Shown piece after piece: positions 50,871 to 64,000 of a stretch of 64,000 nucleotides of DNA. Source of the stretch: Octopus vulgaris. Its lineage: Eukaryota. The notes beneath the pieces are model-generated. The model made no database searches. It saw only the letters and a list, made by a program, of their open reading frames with translations, and was not told where the DNA came from. Location of the stretch: contig OX597835.1 in NCBI GenBank assembly GCA_951406725.2, positions 1,054,001-1,118,000 of the forward strand, written 5' to 3'. Each line of letters begins with the position of its first letter. Position 1 is the first letter of the stretch. A program made the translations under genes and the position numbers.

Positions 50871-52594
50871 GTGAAGAGGCTTGAGAGAGGGTGGCAGCTC
50901 AGTTTAATCTTGATTAAATCGGAAATCAGCCCAGTTTGCAAAATGTCAACAATTGCGACCACTCTAGCTGTGGTTGGCTTCACAACAAACGTTTGAAAGG
51001 AAGGAAAAGCCAGCAACCATCCTACCTTTCCTTGCTCTAGACTCACACAAAAAACAAATATATTACATCAGGGATCTTTACATACCTTGCAGTTCAATTA
51101 TTTATCTGATTGACTTATTTTTTCAGCTTGCCCACCCGGACTATTTATTATATCAAAAAATAAATAATACAATTATTTGATGTTAGAACCCCGATCGCGG
51201 GATTTAATAATACTATCAGTCATAATAAATGATTTGTTTAAATTGATTACCTGTGGGAGAGAAAATAAAATATTCTCGGAACCACCTGAAAGGCAATTCT
51301 TACTTAATTGGGACCATTCAACCGCTTCGCCTTATTTTCATTAAATATATTTTTATCAACATTACCCACCAAAAAGTATAATTTAACGTTGTTGTTGTTA
51401 CTTTTATACTTAATATATAAATCGCTAACTTTACAAAAGAAGCAACAAGGAAATCGTAAAAAAAATCTACAAACATTTTTTCTATTACTTAATACGTTTG
51501 TCTATTTCCCACTCAATATATTTAATTGATATAAAAGTCGGAAATTACTCCAAGGTAAGTGCCAAAGCCCTTCTCTCTCAGTCTTCATTGCGGTTGTTTA
51601 TAGAAATTTATAAAATTGCTCAATATTTAATTACATATTGTTTTTAAAAATTAATCAGCGATCTGATTGTATTATTTTGTTTTATTTCTGCACCGTTGCC
51701 AAACTAGTTGTTTATCTCACTTTGATACAGATCAAATGCTTGCCAACTATGACCATCTCATCTATTTTTATTTTTAAGTAATATCTTCCTCAGGCTACAA
51801 TAGGCAACATGTCTTATTCGTTTTAAGACCTGAGAGTGTGATATGGGCAGTTTTGCTGTTGTCGACAGCAGGTCGAGTAGTCACGTAGAGAAAGGACGGC
51901 TCTGATTGAGCAAACCGATGAGGTCATATGATTAAAGACATTCCAGCTATGACCTTCCTGTCATACAATTGGTATGACATTGTTGAATGTATTTTAAGAC
52001 ACAAGAGTGATGCAATTTGAGGGAATTTTGCTTGCAATTTCTAGCTGATTGAACGACCACCTAGACTCTAGGTCCTAGAGGCTTCCTCGTTGGCTCATTA
52101 ACTTAGTTTCTGTCCTGCTCGGTTGGTCAAAGAAAAGGGAGTAGAAATATATTCCTGGTCGATGGTTTGTTTCATCGGCTCAGCAGGGGTGCTAACACCC
52201 ACCCTTCACCTGACAAAAAGAAAAGAAAACCCCTTAAATATAAGCCCTGTCCCAAATGGTTAGCAATGGGACGGGGTGACCTTATCACTTTGTTTTTGCT
52301 ATTCGAAAACATTGTGATCGTTAGATAAAAAAAACTGGAAAAAATGGGTGTGTGTGCATATCAAACGCGGAAGGAAATACGTACAGGTGTGTTGTGATAA
52401 GATGGCATTTTCTGTTATAGTGAAGGTGTGGTGCGTGTGTGTGTGTGTGTGCATATATATATATATATACAGAATTAAGAGATAGAACCTCAATAAAATA
52501 ATTCAATTAATACTGAAGGATATTATATAAATTTACATATATTATTATTAACGTTGTACTAAAAATTTCTACACATTAGAACGACTTTATTATT

Positions 52595-52616
52595 ACTGTA
52601 TATATGTACACACACA

Positions 52617-52697
<81 letters not shown>

Positions 52698-52700
52698 GTT

Positions 52701-52731
<31 letters not shown>

Positions 52732-52736
52732 ATATG

Positions 52737-52772
<36 letters not shown>

Positions 52773-52906
52773 AACACACACACATATATATACACATGTA
52801 TATGTAGTATATATATTATATATATGTATACACACACACACACACACATATACTATATATATATACTACATATATATATATATACTACATATATATATAT
52901 ATACAC

Positions 52907-52941
<35 letters not shown>

Positions 52942-52989
52942 CTAAACATATATATATATATATATACTACATACATACATATATGTATA

Positions 52990-53033
<44 letters not shown>

Positions 53034-53355
53034 TACATATATATATATATATACTATACATATATATATATATATACTACATATATATATATATACTACA
53101 TATATATATATATATATATATATACTACATATATATACATACATATATATATATATACACACATATATATACTACATATATGTATGTATATATATATATA
53201 TTTATAAAACATATAACTAATAACTAGATCTCAAAAAGTACAGAATGAATGATAAATATATAATATAATAAATAAAAACACTATGTACGTTTCATGACTA
53301 CAATTAAGTTTAAATTCAATTGCAATAAATTCGGTTTAAAATTATAGTCAATCTT

Positions 53356-53409
<54 letters not shown>

Positions 53410-53451
53410 TATATATAACGGGAAGCTTTATGAAAATAGACAAAAGACGAA

Positions 53452-53490
<39 letters not shown>
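52595..53490. repeat. Compound microsatellite (CA, TCTA, TA, TACTACA(TA)n)
   Basis: Directly visible. Confidence 0.95.
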
Positions 53491-53494
<4 letters not shown>

Positions 53495-53529
53495 TTGTTG
53501 GCATCATTTTTGTCTCTGGAGACAATGGA

Positions 53530-54095
53530 TTTGCGCATAAAAAAATCTAGTCCGGCTTTTACAATCCATGTCCTAATACATCTCCTGCTGTGGCTGTGTA
53601 GTCCTATCCTGGATAAACACTCCCTCTGGTGCCGCAAATGTTGCGAAGACTGTTCCTGGCTGGTTGTAATGTCATAGTTTCTTGTTGATGTATTTTCTTG
53701 TCTTTCCATTTCTCCTCTCTCTCTCTGTCATTCCTTAGTGTTCCCTCTTTTACGGTATGTCACCAATCTCCACGGTTACTGGCAACTGCTTCCCAGTTGG
53801 TAATATTGATGTTGCAGGCATTCATGTCCCTTTTGCAAACATCCTTGTATCGTAAGAATGGTCTTCCCACAGACCTAGTGCCCCTAGCAAACTCTCCGTA
53901 GAGTATTCCTTGGGGATTCTGCCATCTTCCATACGGCTAACATGTCCAAGCCATCACGTACGACATTGTGTGAGGAGTGCAAACATGCTTGGTATTCCTG
54001 CTTGCTTGAGGACATCTTTGTTGGGGACATGATTCTGCCATTTGATGCGAAGGGTTTTCTGGAGGCAGCGCAGGTGAAAGATATTTAGGCGACAT
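53530..54095 (-). mobile_element. RTE/BovB-like LINE 3' end
   Basis: RLNIFHLRCLQKTLRIKWQNHVPNKDVLKQAGIPSM..WLGHVSRMEDGRIPK; terminal C..SRIGLHSHSRRC zinc finger. Confidence 0.85.
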
Positions 54096-54310
54096 GTAAT
54101 ATAAATATATATATATATAAAGTTAATCCAAACATGAAAACACAAAAATGCAAGGACGTGGAACAAGTATAGTGTTATTGAACGCTCAGGAAAGGAAAGA
54201 AAGAAGGAGGATTTAATGTTTCGAGCAGAGCTCTTTGTCAGAAACATAGGAAAGGGAAAGATCCAAGGAAGGGAAGACGGAGGAAAAAAATCGCCAACAA
54301 TACACACGTG

Positions 54311-54366
<56 letters not shown>

Positions 54367-55079
54367 CATTATTACCTTATTAATATAATTAATAACAGTA
54401 ATAATGTATCTTTATTTAAAATTTATTCTTGCTCATGATAGTTTTCTCTTAAATGGTGGGGGGGGGACATATAAAGTGAGGAACGCACACGAGGTAATGT
54501 ACTGAATATTTGAGAAGTAGGTGTTAAAATGTTATTTTCAACTGAAGATCCCAGAGTATGTTGGTCATACAGAGGATGAAATCAATTGGTATTGAAATAT
54601 ACATTACTTACTGATGCATTCAATGCAAAGATAAGCCTATTTCTGATGTGTTCATTGCATTGCCCATGTGTGTTTTTATTGTGAGTTTCTGGTGGGTTTT
54701 GAGCCTTGGCACTGATTTTAGCAACTGGTATTTATACCCTGCTGTATCTATTTATACATACACACAAACACACATATACACATACACATACACACAAACA
54801 TATACACACACACACACGCAAATAAACAGAAAATGGAGAAATATTGATCAACAAAAATTGACTATCATCAGTTATTACTTTTTAATTCAATACAGACAGA
54901 CTACATTCCGTCTAACAGCTGTTTCTGCTTCCAATGTCCTATGGTATTGCCATTGAAAGTTCTGAAAATATTATTCATTATATTTTGTAATACATTGGAT
55001 CTAAAACATGAAGGTTCATCAAAGTGAAGGAAAATACATCAAAGAACAAAAAAGAAAAGAAAAGAAAAGAAAAGAAGAG

Positions 55080-55206
55080 CCTCGAGAAGAAGGTGAAAGG
55101 CTTAATACATTTAAATCATACCATTTTGCTTTTTTTTTTACTCAACGTTCCGATAAGTAAAATGGTATGATTTAAATGTATTAAGCCTTTCACCTTCTTC
55201 TCGAGG
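55080..55206. repeat. Perfect 48-bp inverted repeat with 31-nt spacer
   Basis: 55080-55127 is the exact reverse complement of 55159-55206. Confidence 0.95.
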
Positions 55207-55814
55207 TTCTTCTTCTTTTCTTTTCTGTCTGACTGGCTCCCCATGCCAGTGGAATGTAAAAAGCAGCATCCAAATGTGGTTGATGCCAGCCACCCCCTGC
55301 TCCATCTGGCTCCTGTGCTGGTAGCATGTAAAAAGCACCATCTGAACGTGGTCGATGCCATTGTCACCTGATTGCCTCTCTTGCTGGTGGCATGTAAAAA
55401 GCACCCACTACACTCTTGGGGTGGTTGGCGAAGGGCATCCAGCTGTAGAAACTCTGCCAGCTCCTTGTTGGCAGTAGATAAAATGTCGGTTTTTCGATTT
55501 GAAAATTATCCAGAAAAATTATCAATAATTAATAATATCAAAAGGTAATCAGAAATATTTGAAATTTCCATTACCAGTGGCCTAGCTTGTAAGTAATCGA
55601 AGGTGTACCTGCTGAAGAAGACTTCCCCTAGCAAATTACTTTATTCGCTAAAAAAATCTGAAACCATTGGTCCAGGAGTTAGATGGTAAATGGTTTTATT
55701 TTTCATTCCTTTGAAAATTTTATCCCTAAAAGTGGTTTAACTGTCCTCTCTAACAATGATAGCTGCTTCTTATGTGTTTAAATGTATACTGTATTTATAT
55801 ATATATAAATATAT

Positions 55815-56180
55815 ATACGTGGTTAGGGCAGCGAATTCATGGTCATAGGATCATGGTTTCGATTCCCAGACCGGGCGTTGTGAGTGTTTATTGAGCAAAA
55901 ATACCCAAAGCTTCATGAGGCTCTGGCAGGGTTGGTGGCGAACCCTGCTGTACTCTTTCACCACATCTTTCTCTCACTCTTTCTTCCTGTTTCTGTTGTA
56001 TCTATATTTCAAAGAGTCAGCCTTGTCACACTCTGTGTCATGCTGAATCTCCCTGAGAACTATGTTAAGGGCACACGTGTCTGTGGAGTACTCAGCCAGT
56101 TGCAGGTTAATTTCATGAGCAGGCTGTTCCGTTGATCGGATCAACTGGAACCCTCGTCGTTGTAACCGACGGAGTGCCAC
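55815..56180 (+). mobile_element. SINE family D (tRNA-like head)
   Basis: GTGGTTAGGGC..GGTTTCGATTCCC box B; related copy at ~36480-36730. Confidence 0.7.
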
Positions 56181-56204
56181 GAGATATATATATATATATA
56201 TTCT

Positions 56205-56585
56205 TTTTTCTTTTATTTGTTTAAGTCATTTCACTGCATCCATGCTGGAGCACCACCTTTAATCAAACAAATTAACCCCAGGACTTATTCTTTGTAAGCC
56301 TAGTACTTATTCTGTCGGTCTGTTTTGCCAAACTGCTAAGTTACGGGGACGTAGACATACCACCATTGGTTGTCAAGTGGTGGTGGTGGTGGGGGACAAA
56401 CACACACACACACACAGACATATGTATACGAGGGGCTTCTTTCAGTATCAATCTATCAAATCCACTCACAAGGCTTTGGTTGGCCCGAGGCTATAGTAGA
56501 AGACACTTGCCCAAGGTGCCACGCAGTGGGACTGAACCCAGACCCATGTGGTTGGTAAGCAAACTACTTACCACTCAGCCACTCA
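56205..56585 (-). mobile_element. SINE family A
   Basis: High similarity to 25175-25570. Confidence 0.85.
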
Positions 56586-57410
56586 CATATATATATATAT
56601 TATGTATATTATACATATGTATATATGTGTATATATGTGATGCACACACATGCGTATGTAGATATATTTGTGTGTGTGTGTGTGTGTGTCTATGTATATA
56701 TATGATATATATATTGTTTTTAGTTAGGCTAATCAGGCTGTCAAGTGCCTGAGTAGAAATGTCTGCTGGAGCTCAGCCTATCAGTGGGAGACAACCGTAA
56801 TAACCTAATTGTTTGTTACCTTTTTGACACCTTAGTAGATGAAATAAGGTTGAATCTAATCAATAAAAGATAAATAATAAAAGAATGTAAGTTACTATTC
56901 CCAGTGTAAGAATGGAAGACGATCAAAGAAAACCAGGAACATTAAGGCAAGATCAACAAATCTTGGCCTTACACGGGGCATTCTCAATTTCATTATCAGT
57001 AAACTGTCCTAGCTTGTGTTTAAAATTATTGATGTTTTGTGTGTGGCCCTGATATCTTCAGGCAACCCATTGTATGCAGAACATGCAACAAAATTCAATA
57101 TGTTCTCCAATCTATTTAGACTAATCCTTTTGATGAATATTCTATTCTGATTTCTGTTTTCTCCACCGTTTAATTCGAAGTTGGTAATTTCCAGGGATAA
57201 GAACGGCATATACATATCAAGATGGCGTTTATGAGAAAATAACGATAGCCTTTTTGCATTGATTTGAAAGGTGTGTGAGAGAGAGAGAGAGAAAACTGGC
57301 GGAAAGACGTGTGGACTCCAGCCCCTTATTCAACACGTTCTTGGGATAAACCGTCATCAGTGCTTAATGGGAAATACCGTACTATTCTTTTGTATAATTA
57401 GTAGTCGTGT

Positions 57411-57845
57411 AAGGTGGCAAGCTGGCAGAAACGTTAGCGTGCTGGGGAAATGCTTAACAGTATTTCATCTGCCGCTACGTTCTAAGTTCAAATTCCGCCA
57501 AAGTCAACTTTGCCTTTCATCCTTTTGGGGTAGACTAAATAAGTACCAGTTATGCACTAGGGTTGATATAATCAACTTAATCCGTTTGTCTGTCCTTGTT
57601 TGTCCCTTCTGTGTGTAGCCCCTTGTGGGCAGTAAAGGAATAAGAAACATTAGTGCGCTGGACGAAATGCTTAGCGGTATTTCATCTATCACTATGTTCT
57701 GAGTTCAAATTCCGCTGAGGTCGACTTTGCCTTTCATCCTTTCGAGGTTGATAAAGTAAGTACCAGTTGTGTACTGGGGTCAATCTTATCGACTGGCTCC
57801 CTCCCCCAAAATTTTGGGCCTTGTGCCTAGAGTTGGAAAGAATTA
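57411..57845 (+). mobile_element. SINE family B tandem dimer
   Basis: Two head-to-tail copies with different 3' tails. Confidence 0.8.
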
Positions 57846-59902
57846 TTAGTAGTCATGTTTACTTTGCAACTATTATTATTCTGAAATACTGACAGTAACA
57901 GTCGCAGTTTCGATTCTTGGTTGAGTAGTCAGGTAACTCATGTACTGCTTTTACTGGGAAATGCATGAAAGGGTTCATATTTTTCAAGGTGATAAGAGGG
58001 TGATTTGAAGGGGATTATAGAGAAATTAAAATTTTAAAGGGCCGTTTTTTCTTTTTCTTTTTTTTGCTGAATCAGAATCTCTGTACTCGAAAATGGAGGA
58101 TTCTGTAAAAAACAAAAAAATAAAGGGGGTGTGGTCCACATTCTTTACATCTGGCGCGGTATTTAGTCACGGTCCTTTACGTTTTGAGTTCAAATCCTTT
58201 CAAAGTTTACTTTGTCTATATTCCTTCTGGAGGTCAATATAATAAAATACAAGTGAAGTAATGCCTTATATAAAGAATCCAAGATATAAATAGAACTGAC
58301 AGAGCGACTAAAGGCGGTGCTCCAGCATGGCCGCAGTGAAAATGACTGGAACAAGTAAAAGAGTACAAGAGTGAGTGCAGTGTAATATTAATTCTCAAAT
58401 GACAAGGGAACAAAAATTTCAGAAGCAACTTCATTGGCTTACAGCTGTTTCTATTTATTATGAGAAGCAGAGCACCCTGAGCTGAATGCTGGTGCAAGAA
58501 CCCTATAGTTTCCTTCAAGTCATTAAAATGAAGAGTATGTTTATTTTGGAAAGCATTTAAATACATAGAAATGATTATCTTCAGAAAATAAGTTAAATAT
58601 TATACTCTACACTGCATCAAGTTCTTTTTCTCTTGTTCATTAATCCCAATGGATGCACATATACACATACATTTATACACACCTTTGGAGATATTTGCAT
58701 ATACATATTGTATGTATGTATGTATGTGTGTATGTATGTGTGTATGTATGTATGTATGTGTGTATAAATATATGCATACACATGTATATAAATCTGCTTA
58801 ATGTGTTCTAATCCTATTTCTGTCAAGGTTTTCTACTTTCAACAATTCCTATACAGTAGTAACAGTGTAAGCTACACCTCACGATTAGTCAACTTTGGTT
58901 TGTTTCTATTTAGTATGTCCAGTATTAATTTAAGAAAAAAAATGTTGAACATTGTTTTATTATTACTTGGTAGTTAGACTGATCTTGGCCCTGTGGGATT
59001 TCTTGATTGGTCCTAGGAAGTGGTCCTTTCTCTCTGACAATATTACATATGGATTACACACAAACATGCCTGTGTCCAAAAGAAGTTTCAAAACAGCATT
59101 GCAAGTTTCATTTACTTACTTCTTACCTGTACCTCATTCTATGGCCCCAGAATATTGCTGTGCCCTACCTTGAGAAACACTGGATTAAAAGTCTTGAAGG
59201 TGGTGCCTTAGCATAGCTGTGGTCTAATGACTGAAACCTGTAAAAGGATAAAAGAATTTAATTATGGCTTAGTCAGGAGAGGAAGGGCACCACCTGTGAT
59301 CTTTTTCTGGATCTCCAAAATTAGAGATGAGGAAGTTATTCATTGCCTGGAAACCAGTCTTAGTGGACTCTGCCAAAGGTGTCCATAATCCAAGTTGGTG
59401 GTGTCAAACAGGGTAACTGATTAAGTTTATCATATAAAAATACTTTTTTTAAACTCTTTTTGGACCACATACAACATCCAAATTTAGATAAAATTTGGCT
59501 CTTGTACTCCCCTCTTTACTACATTCACTGGTAGCCATGACCAAATTCATTAGAAGTACTCTCACCTGCTAGGTAGAGCCTTCTTTCATTGACACCTTGC
59601 AGTTTGATTCCATATGGTGTCATGTCCACTTATTCTTCTCTTAATGTTATCACCTGTTGTGGCTGGTTGTTTGACATTGTTATCTGAAGTTAGTTTGACA
59701 TTGCATCAGTGACTAACGTGTTTGTTTGGCGTTGTGTCTTAAATTTACTGTCTGATAGTGTGTCTGAAATTGATGTTTTGTTTGGATTTACTGTCTAATG
59801 TTGTGACTGATTGCCTAGTGTTGTGTCTGAGGTTCCTGTGTAACATTGCGTTTGTGGTTGTTGTCTGGCATTACTGTCTAAAGTTATCATCATTGTCTTT
59901 AA

Positions 59903-60122
59903 CCCTTTTGTTACCAACCCAGCTGAAACCGGCTCTGGATCTGAGTACAAGTGTCTTGTTTTCATAAGTTTTGAATGAAAATCTTCCACCAAACCTTAGT
60001 CACAATTTATTTTCCTAACACTAGCTGAATGATAACTCAGTTATTTTACTAAATTCTTTGTTATATTTAAAACAATTGAAAGAAATGCAGAGCATCTCAA
60101 AATAAATACAGTAGCGAAAGGG
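59903..60122. mobile_element. piggyBac-type MITE
   Basis: TTAA-CCCTTTTGTTAC ... GTAGCGAAAGGG-TTAC: CCC/GGG termini with TTAA-like TSD. Confidence 0.7.
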
Positions 60123-62460
60123 TTACAGTTACTGAGGTTAGTGTCTGTTGTTGCTCTCCAAAATTACTGCCTCATGTGGTGCCTGAGATTACTCTGACAT
60201 TAATGTCTAATATTAGCCATTGCTTTCAATGCATCAAATAAAAAAAAAATGAAAAACAAACCACAGCTTGAAAGAAAAGTCTGCTCCTCATAGAATGCAT
60301 TGGAAAACAGCTTGTGAGGTTGTTTTTAGTTAAAACTGAAATTATTGGCTATGATAAGGCATTTTCATAAGGTAGAATTCCTTGAAAACAGATATTCTGT
60401 ATGCAAACACTTAAAAAACTTTCTCTCTATTCTCTTGGTAATTAATCTACTTTGAAGAAAATGAAAAGAAAAAAGCAGAATCTGTGAATTTCCTCTAGAT
60501 TGTTATTATTTCCCTCTTTACCAAAATGTTTCACTTCATAAAATGTTTAATTAAAGTCAGGGGAATGGAACCATTCGGGAAACCACAGTGCCCCATTGCC
60601 CTAACCTCTTTTCATCACTTCATTCTTGCATTACAATGTCTTTCTAAGATGTTAAACTAACACATATTTATATTTTGCAATCAGCTCATCCCTGAATATT
60701 TTAGTTGTCTCTGGGCAAGACACTTTATCCAACATGATTCTGACCATCTGGATGTTGTGTAGGAGGCAGCAAACCATTTGTGAAAGATACATGTGATAGT
60801 CTGACGTTGTAGCCTGGAAGTGATTTGCCTCTCTTCCCTTAAAATCTATAGAAGGAGCCTCAATAGGGTTGCTAAATCTGGCCAGAAATAGCATCCAAAC
60901 TGATGACTTTTATATCAGTAAATACTGCCGGATCAATACAGCCATAGACAATATGGCTTACAGTTGATAAAACCATTGTTGATATGGCCATAGTTGATAC
61001 AACTGCGTACTAACATAAGCTGCTGTTGATATAGATCATGGTTGATATGGCCATGATCGATACACACCAGAGATTGATGCAGCTCATCTCAGAGGTCAGC
61101 TTATATTGCTGGACAATTAAATAGACCAACATTGACAAGTTTCAGTAAAACTCTTGCCACAAGTTTATAGAAGAGGACAAGATTGGACATGTTTCCAGAA
61201 AGATTATTCTGGTCAAGTGATTACGGCAATGGACAACATGCACAACATCATATCGTTGTCATGTAAACAAAGTGGAGTGTTTCTTTGCTTAAATAATTGA
61301 TTGTCGATAAATGATTGCTAAATGATTTCACCAGCCAATTTCTGTTTATATTCCAGTGAGTTTTAATCCCCCACTTCCTGGTTAACGATAAGTATCAGCT
61401 GGTGGAGTTTACCACAGAATGGTTAAGTTTCTAATTTATTTAACTCAAAGTTTCTCAAAGGTCATGTCTATGTTGGAGGACCTTCTCCCAAAATAATTTT
61501 ACTAAGCATGTCAATTTGTCTGCCATGGATGGGGGATAAATTGCCATATTTAGTAAAATTAAGATGGTTTCTAACTTTTTAAACTTATCAAATATCACAG
61601 TGAAGAAAGGAAAATTACATGGCGTCAGAATCTCCACTTGTCTTTTCATTAATAAACTCAGAATGTAAAAAGCTGGAAGGAAAACGGCAAAGCAGTTTTT
61701 CTGAAGCAATAATAATGATTCTTTCCCATTTACAGTGCTTACACAACATGAATCACTGATAAATTATTTTAAGACACCATCTTAGAATTAACAGATGACA
61801 TATATTTAATACTTGGAACATAAAGTCACTAAAGTAGCACCAAACATTGTGGTGAGAAGAAAATAATATTTGTTGATGATGAATATATTTTTGTTCTGTT
61901 TTTATTTTTATTGGCAAGAATAGGAGAGAAATGCAAAGATGCTTTGTTCTTGTTGGAGTTCATTACATTAGCTCCAGTTTCAATTTAACTTAAGCTTAAA
62001 TTTAAATCTTACGTTGTGAGATTCATAAGGCAGTAAGCCTCAGTGAGTGGAATTGGTTTGTGACAGTTCCTTCTGCTTCTGGTGATTTTGTGCATTTGAG
62101 GCTTTCCTGGAATTTCTGAGGCCATGTGTTTTTGGTCCAGCCTCGCCCCATTTTCTTTCTTCCAGTGTCTACATCATTACAGTTTTTGTCTGTTGAAGGA
62201 TTTGCAGATGGCAAAATATGACTTGCCAGGAGATACCAATGCAATGCCATGATGTTTTACAGCAGCTGAGATTTACTTTGCAATAGAATTTCTTCATTTG
62301 TGATTCTGCATTGCTAAATGACTTTAAGGATCTTTCATAGACATCATTACTGGAATGTTTTTGAAATCCCTTATAGATGGAGGATTGTTAGTTATTGTAA
62401 GGGTTTTTACAAAACTGGGTTACTAACCTGATACCACCTTTCTCCATTTTCAACTAGTAA

Positions 62461-62790
62461 AGGTGCATGGCTCAGTGGTTAGAGCATTGAGTTCACAATC
62501 ATGAGGTAGTGGGTTCAATCCTTGGACCAGGGTGTGTATTGTGTTCTTGAGCAAGACACTTTATTTCACGTTGCTCCAGTTCATTCAGCTGTAGAAATGA
62601 GTTGTGGCATCACTGGTGCCAAGCTGTATCAGCCTTTGCCTCTCCCTTGGATAACATCAGTGGCATGGAGAGGGGAGGCTGGTATGCATGGGTGACTGCT
62701 GCCTTCCATAAGTAACCTTGCCCAGACTTGTTCCTTGGAGAGTAACTTTCCAGGTGAAGTCCCATAGTCATTCATAACCAAAGGAGTTTT
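62461..62790 (+). mobile_element. SINE family C (tRNA head, MetaSINE-like domain)
   Basis: GCATGGCTCAGTGGTTAGAGC..GGTTCAATCC then CTTGAGCAAGACACTTTA..GCTCCAGTTCATTCAGCTGTAGAAATGAGT; minus copies at ~22030-22265 and ~28085-28415. Confidence 0.8.
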
Positions 62791-63689
62791 TTTTTACCCT
62801 TTTACCCATTTTCAACTATGTTTGGGACCATCTATGACTGAGTTCAGCCAGTTACTAATGAATAAATGATGGAAATGCTAAATGAATATACAGCGATTAA
62901 TATTTTTGGATGTGTAAAGGAGAGTTTTGAGGTACCTGTTGCATAATGAATTATAGTTAATTAGATGAATAATTAGGTTATTAAAATCCTTAGACTAGGA
63001 TCAGATATGTGGCGAAAGGATTTTACTCATTGGTTGATATTTTATATCATCATCATCATCATCGTTTAGCGTCCGTTTTCCGTGCTAGCACGGGTTGTAT
63101 GGTTCGACTGGGGTCTGGGAAGCCAGGAGGCTACTAGGCTCCAGTCTGATCTGGCAGTGTTTCTACAGCTGGATGCCCTTCCTAATGCCAACCACTCCAT
63201 GAGTGTAGTGGGTGCTTTTTATGTGTCACCGGCACAGAAGCCAGTCAAGGCGGCGCTGGCATCGGCCACGTTTGGATGGTGCTTTTTACGTGCCACCGGC
63301 TTCAATGTATACATATTTTGTGGGAATACTGTTGTTGGGTACAGGTTTCCATTGGGTCTATCCCATTTGCCCTTTAACATTCTCAAGAAATGAACGAATG
63401 CTGCAAAATCCTTTGACCTTTTAGAAACATCTGAGAATAACAAACTTTCCTGATTACCTTCTGTCTTGTGATGGGAAATCAATATTTTGTCTGTCTAAGG
63501 TAAATGATGAAGCTGCTTTCTCTTGCCTTAAAATAAAAACAGAGATTCTGTGAAACATTGTTTTTTTTTTCAAGAATAATTTTTAAAAAAGCATTGAATT
63601 TGTGTGTGTGTGTGTGTGCTGGAGTGGTATGTATATTTTGTATATGTGTTTATGTGTCTATGCCAATTGTTTGTATACACATGTCAAAA

Positions 63690-64000
63690 GCAAGTGATGA
63701 CCTTGCTCACATAGCAGATTCTATAAGAAAATAAAGCATCTTGTGAGAAAAGTTGGACATAAGAAGCAATAGATGTGGTGTGCAAGAGAGGCGACTGCAT
63801 TAGTATGGTCATGTGATACATATGGACAGGGACAGCTTTGTAATGAAGTGTCGCTCTCTAACTGTGGAGGAACCTATGGAAGAGGTAGTCCCAGGAAGGC
63901 ATAGGATGAGGTGGTGAAGCATGATCTGTGAATGTTGGGCCTCATGGAGGTGATGACAAGTGATTGAGAGTTCTGGCGATCTGCTGTGCAGGAGAGGACT
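63690..64000 (+). mobile_element. RTE LINE 3' fragment running off the window
   Basis: VQERRLH.YGHV..GRGSPRKA.DEVVKHDL. Confidence 0.75.

Noticed and set aside
52604-53207. YI/HT-rich ORFs (also MYVR repeats at 20807-20989)
   Set aside because: Translations of TA/CA/ACAT microsatellites.
62023-62320. 75-aa minus-strand ORF as an exon of another gene
   Set aside because: GRKKMGRGWTKNTW resembles a decayed RTE 3' end; no convincing splice context.
62461-62535. tRNA-like sequences (also heads at 20342 and 55815)
   Set aside because: These are SINE heads that continue into shared repeat bodies; no complete cloverleaf.

Overview
AT-rich, repeat-dense eukaryotic DNA. The SINE families, RTE relics and microsatellites suggest a coleoid cephalopod such as Octopus (inference, not proven). 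The main feature is the 5' ~60% of Integrator complex subunit 1 (INTS1) on the minus strand. I traced 29 coding exons by hand from the ATG at 44504 down to 1841 (4029 nt, 1343 codons). All splice phases are consistent, one intron is GC-AG, and the gene continues past the left edge. Introns and the upstream region hold decayed RTE and HERO-like LINEs, several tRNA-derived SINE families, mariner/Tc1/piggyBac-type DNA elements, a Helitron and Gypsy fragments. Just upstream of INTS1 is a CsRn1-type Gypsy relic with an inverted duplication and a preserved -1 frameshift signal. I see no clear novel multi-gene system. The best leads are RNA-level: a candidate intronic C/D-box RNA, a 48-bp perfect hairpin, the Gypsy foldback, a decayed hammerhead-like motif and possible poison exons. 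Repeat boundaries are approximate; homology calls are from recall, not searches.
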